Shown piece by piece: positions 63,314-64,000 of a stretch of DNA of 64,000 nucleotides; position 1 is the first letter of the stretch; every line of letters starts with the position of its first letter. The translations under genes and the position numbers were made by a program. A model generated the notes under the pieces. That model was not told where the DNA came from. It made no database searches and saw only the letters and a program-made list of their open reading frames with translations. This DNA comes from Acidobacteriota bacterium (lineage in GTDB: Bacteria; Acidobacteriota; Polarisedimenticolia; J045), in the NCBI GenBank assembly GCA_003696075.1, contig RFHH01000119.1:10873-74872 (forward strand), read 5' to 3'.

Positions 63314-63766
63314 ATGAACGCGAACGGACGAGCCGGAACCGATCGCCCGGCTCCGCGCCCGGAGGCGGGAGGCGAAGACCGCGTTCTGGACAGGTGGCTA
63401 CGTCCAGGGACCACGGCCGGCACGGGCCGGGTCGCCTGGGCCCGGCTCGGGAACGAGGCCGCCGCGTTCCTCCGCCACCTTGCATGGCTGCGCCGGAGGC
63501 TCGCCGGCCCGGCGAAGTCCTCTCCCGTGCCACCGTCGCCGGCGCGCGCCGCCCGCGTTCGTTGCGACGGGTGCCGAAGGAGGTTCGCGACGTCCTGGGG
63601 CGTGGTCCGGGAGGCCCTGGTGGAGGGGGCCCCTCTCCACTGCGGGCATTGTGGCGACCGTCTCGAGGCGGTGACGATCGAGTGGAGGCCCGGAGAACTC
63701 GAGGAGATCCTGCGCTATCTGGCCGGGGGACACCCGGGGCCGGAAGGCCCCCGTGCCGGGCGCTGA
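63314..63766 (+). CDS. Hypothetical zinc-ribbon protein
   Basis: CDGCRRRF…CGHCGDRLE (CxxC…CxxC) near the C-terminus. The frame is open from 63104. Weak call. Confidence 0.3.
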   Translation: MNANGRAGTDRPAPRPEAGGEDRVLDRWLRPGTTAGTGRVAWARLGNEAAAFLRHLAWLRRRLAGPAKSSPVPPSPARAARVRCDGCRRRFATSWGVVREALVEGAPLHCGHCGDRLEAVTIEWRPGELEEILRYLAGGHPGPEGPRAGR

Positions 63767-64000
63767 CTCCGCGGACGTTATCGACGGCGATCCACGCGCC
63801 GACCCGAGGCGGGATCTCGGCGGAGCCGGGGGCTGCCGGCCCGCTCCGCGATCGCCGCCCCTGACCGGACGGGACGATTCCGCTTCGGGGAGCGGCCCAC
63901 CCACCGCCATCGCCGAGGGGCGAAACGAGGCGTAACCCACTAGAAATTAGCGGCTTGCAGAAACCGGCCGCGCGAAGGCCGCCCGTCCCGTATCTTGACC

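Overview
This is a high-GC (~70%) bacterial chromosomal segment that is densely coding, and most genes are on the minus strand. Within high-GC organisms, the ELWxxDGT-repeat protein, the selenoprotein and the many lipobox-bearing secreted proteins are consistent with a Myxococcota-, Gemmatimonadota- or Acidobacteria-like source; this is inference, not a database result. The six-frame ORF track is dominated by long Arg/Pro/Gly-rich antisense or shadow ORFs typical of high GC. I called about 53 CDS and one tRNA by recognisable protein families, N-terminal signal peptide or lipobox logic, and translational-coupling overlaps (ATGA, GTGA, TGATG).

The housekeeping and stress content is a Lon / Hsp20 / EF-G-paralogue block, a DnaJ-like / ClpB block, and hbd with thiolase. 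PyrF, TrmJ-like, Dus and RluA enzymes and tRNA-Gly(GCC) are present too, along with GDP-fucose genes (gmd, fcl), a GH57 branching enzyme and a lipid desaturase. There are many peptidases (tricorn-like S41, S9, rhomboid, M23, M50 and a LonC-like enzyme).

The stretches most worth a second look are:
- 41.7-46.6 kb: a ~1145-aa ELWxxDGT-repeat surface protein ending in TSP3 repeats plus a type-I dockerin. It is translationally coupled to two consecutive lipoproteins with cohesin-like beta-sandwich domains. This looks like a candidate non-cellulosomal cohesin-dockerin display system.
- 46.7-47.4 kb: a peroxiredoxin-glutaredoxin fusion whose peroxidatic Cys codon is an in-frame TGA, with a stem-loop 15 nt downstream. 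This looks like a selenocysteine-containing Prx-Grx.
- 60.5-63.1 kb: an extremely Cys-rich lipoprotein behind a hairpin-rich leader, followed by an ABC-2 ATPase and permease pair.
- Lesser points: a LonC-like protease with a Walker A Lys to Arg change, a zinc-ribbon-receiver fusion, a radical-SAM / ferredoxin / NfuA / ATP-grasp / HMG-CoA-lyase run, and a TPR protein carrying a zincin domain with a degenerate HExxH.

No CRISPR arrays, integrases or transposases were seen.
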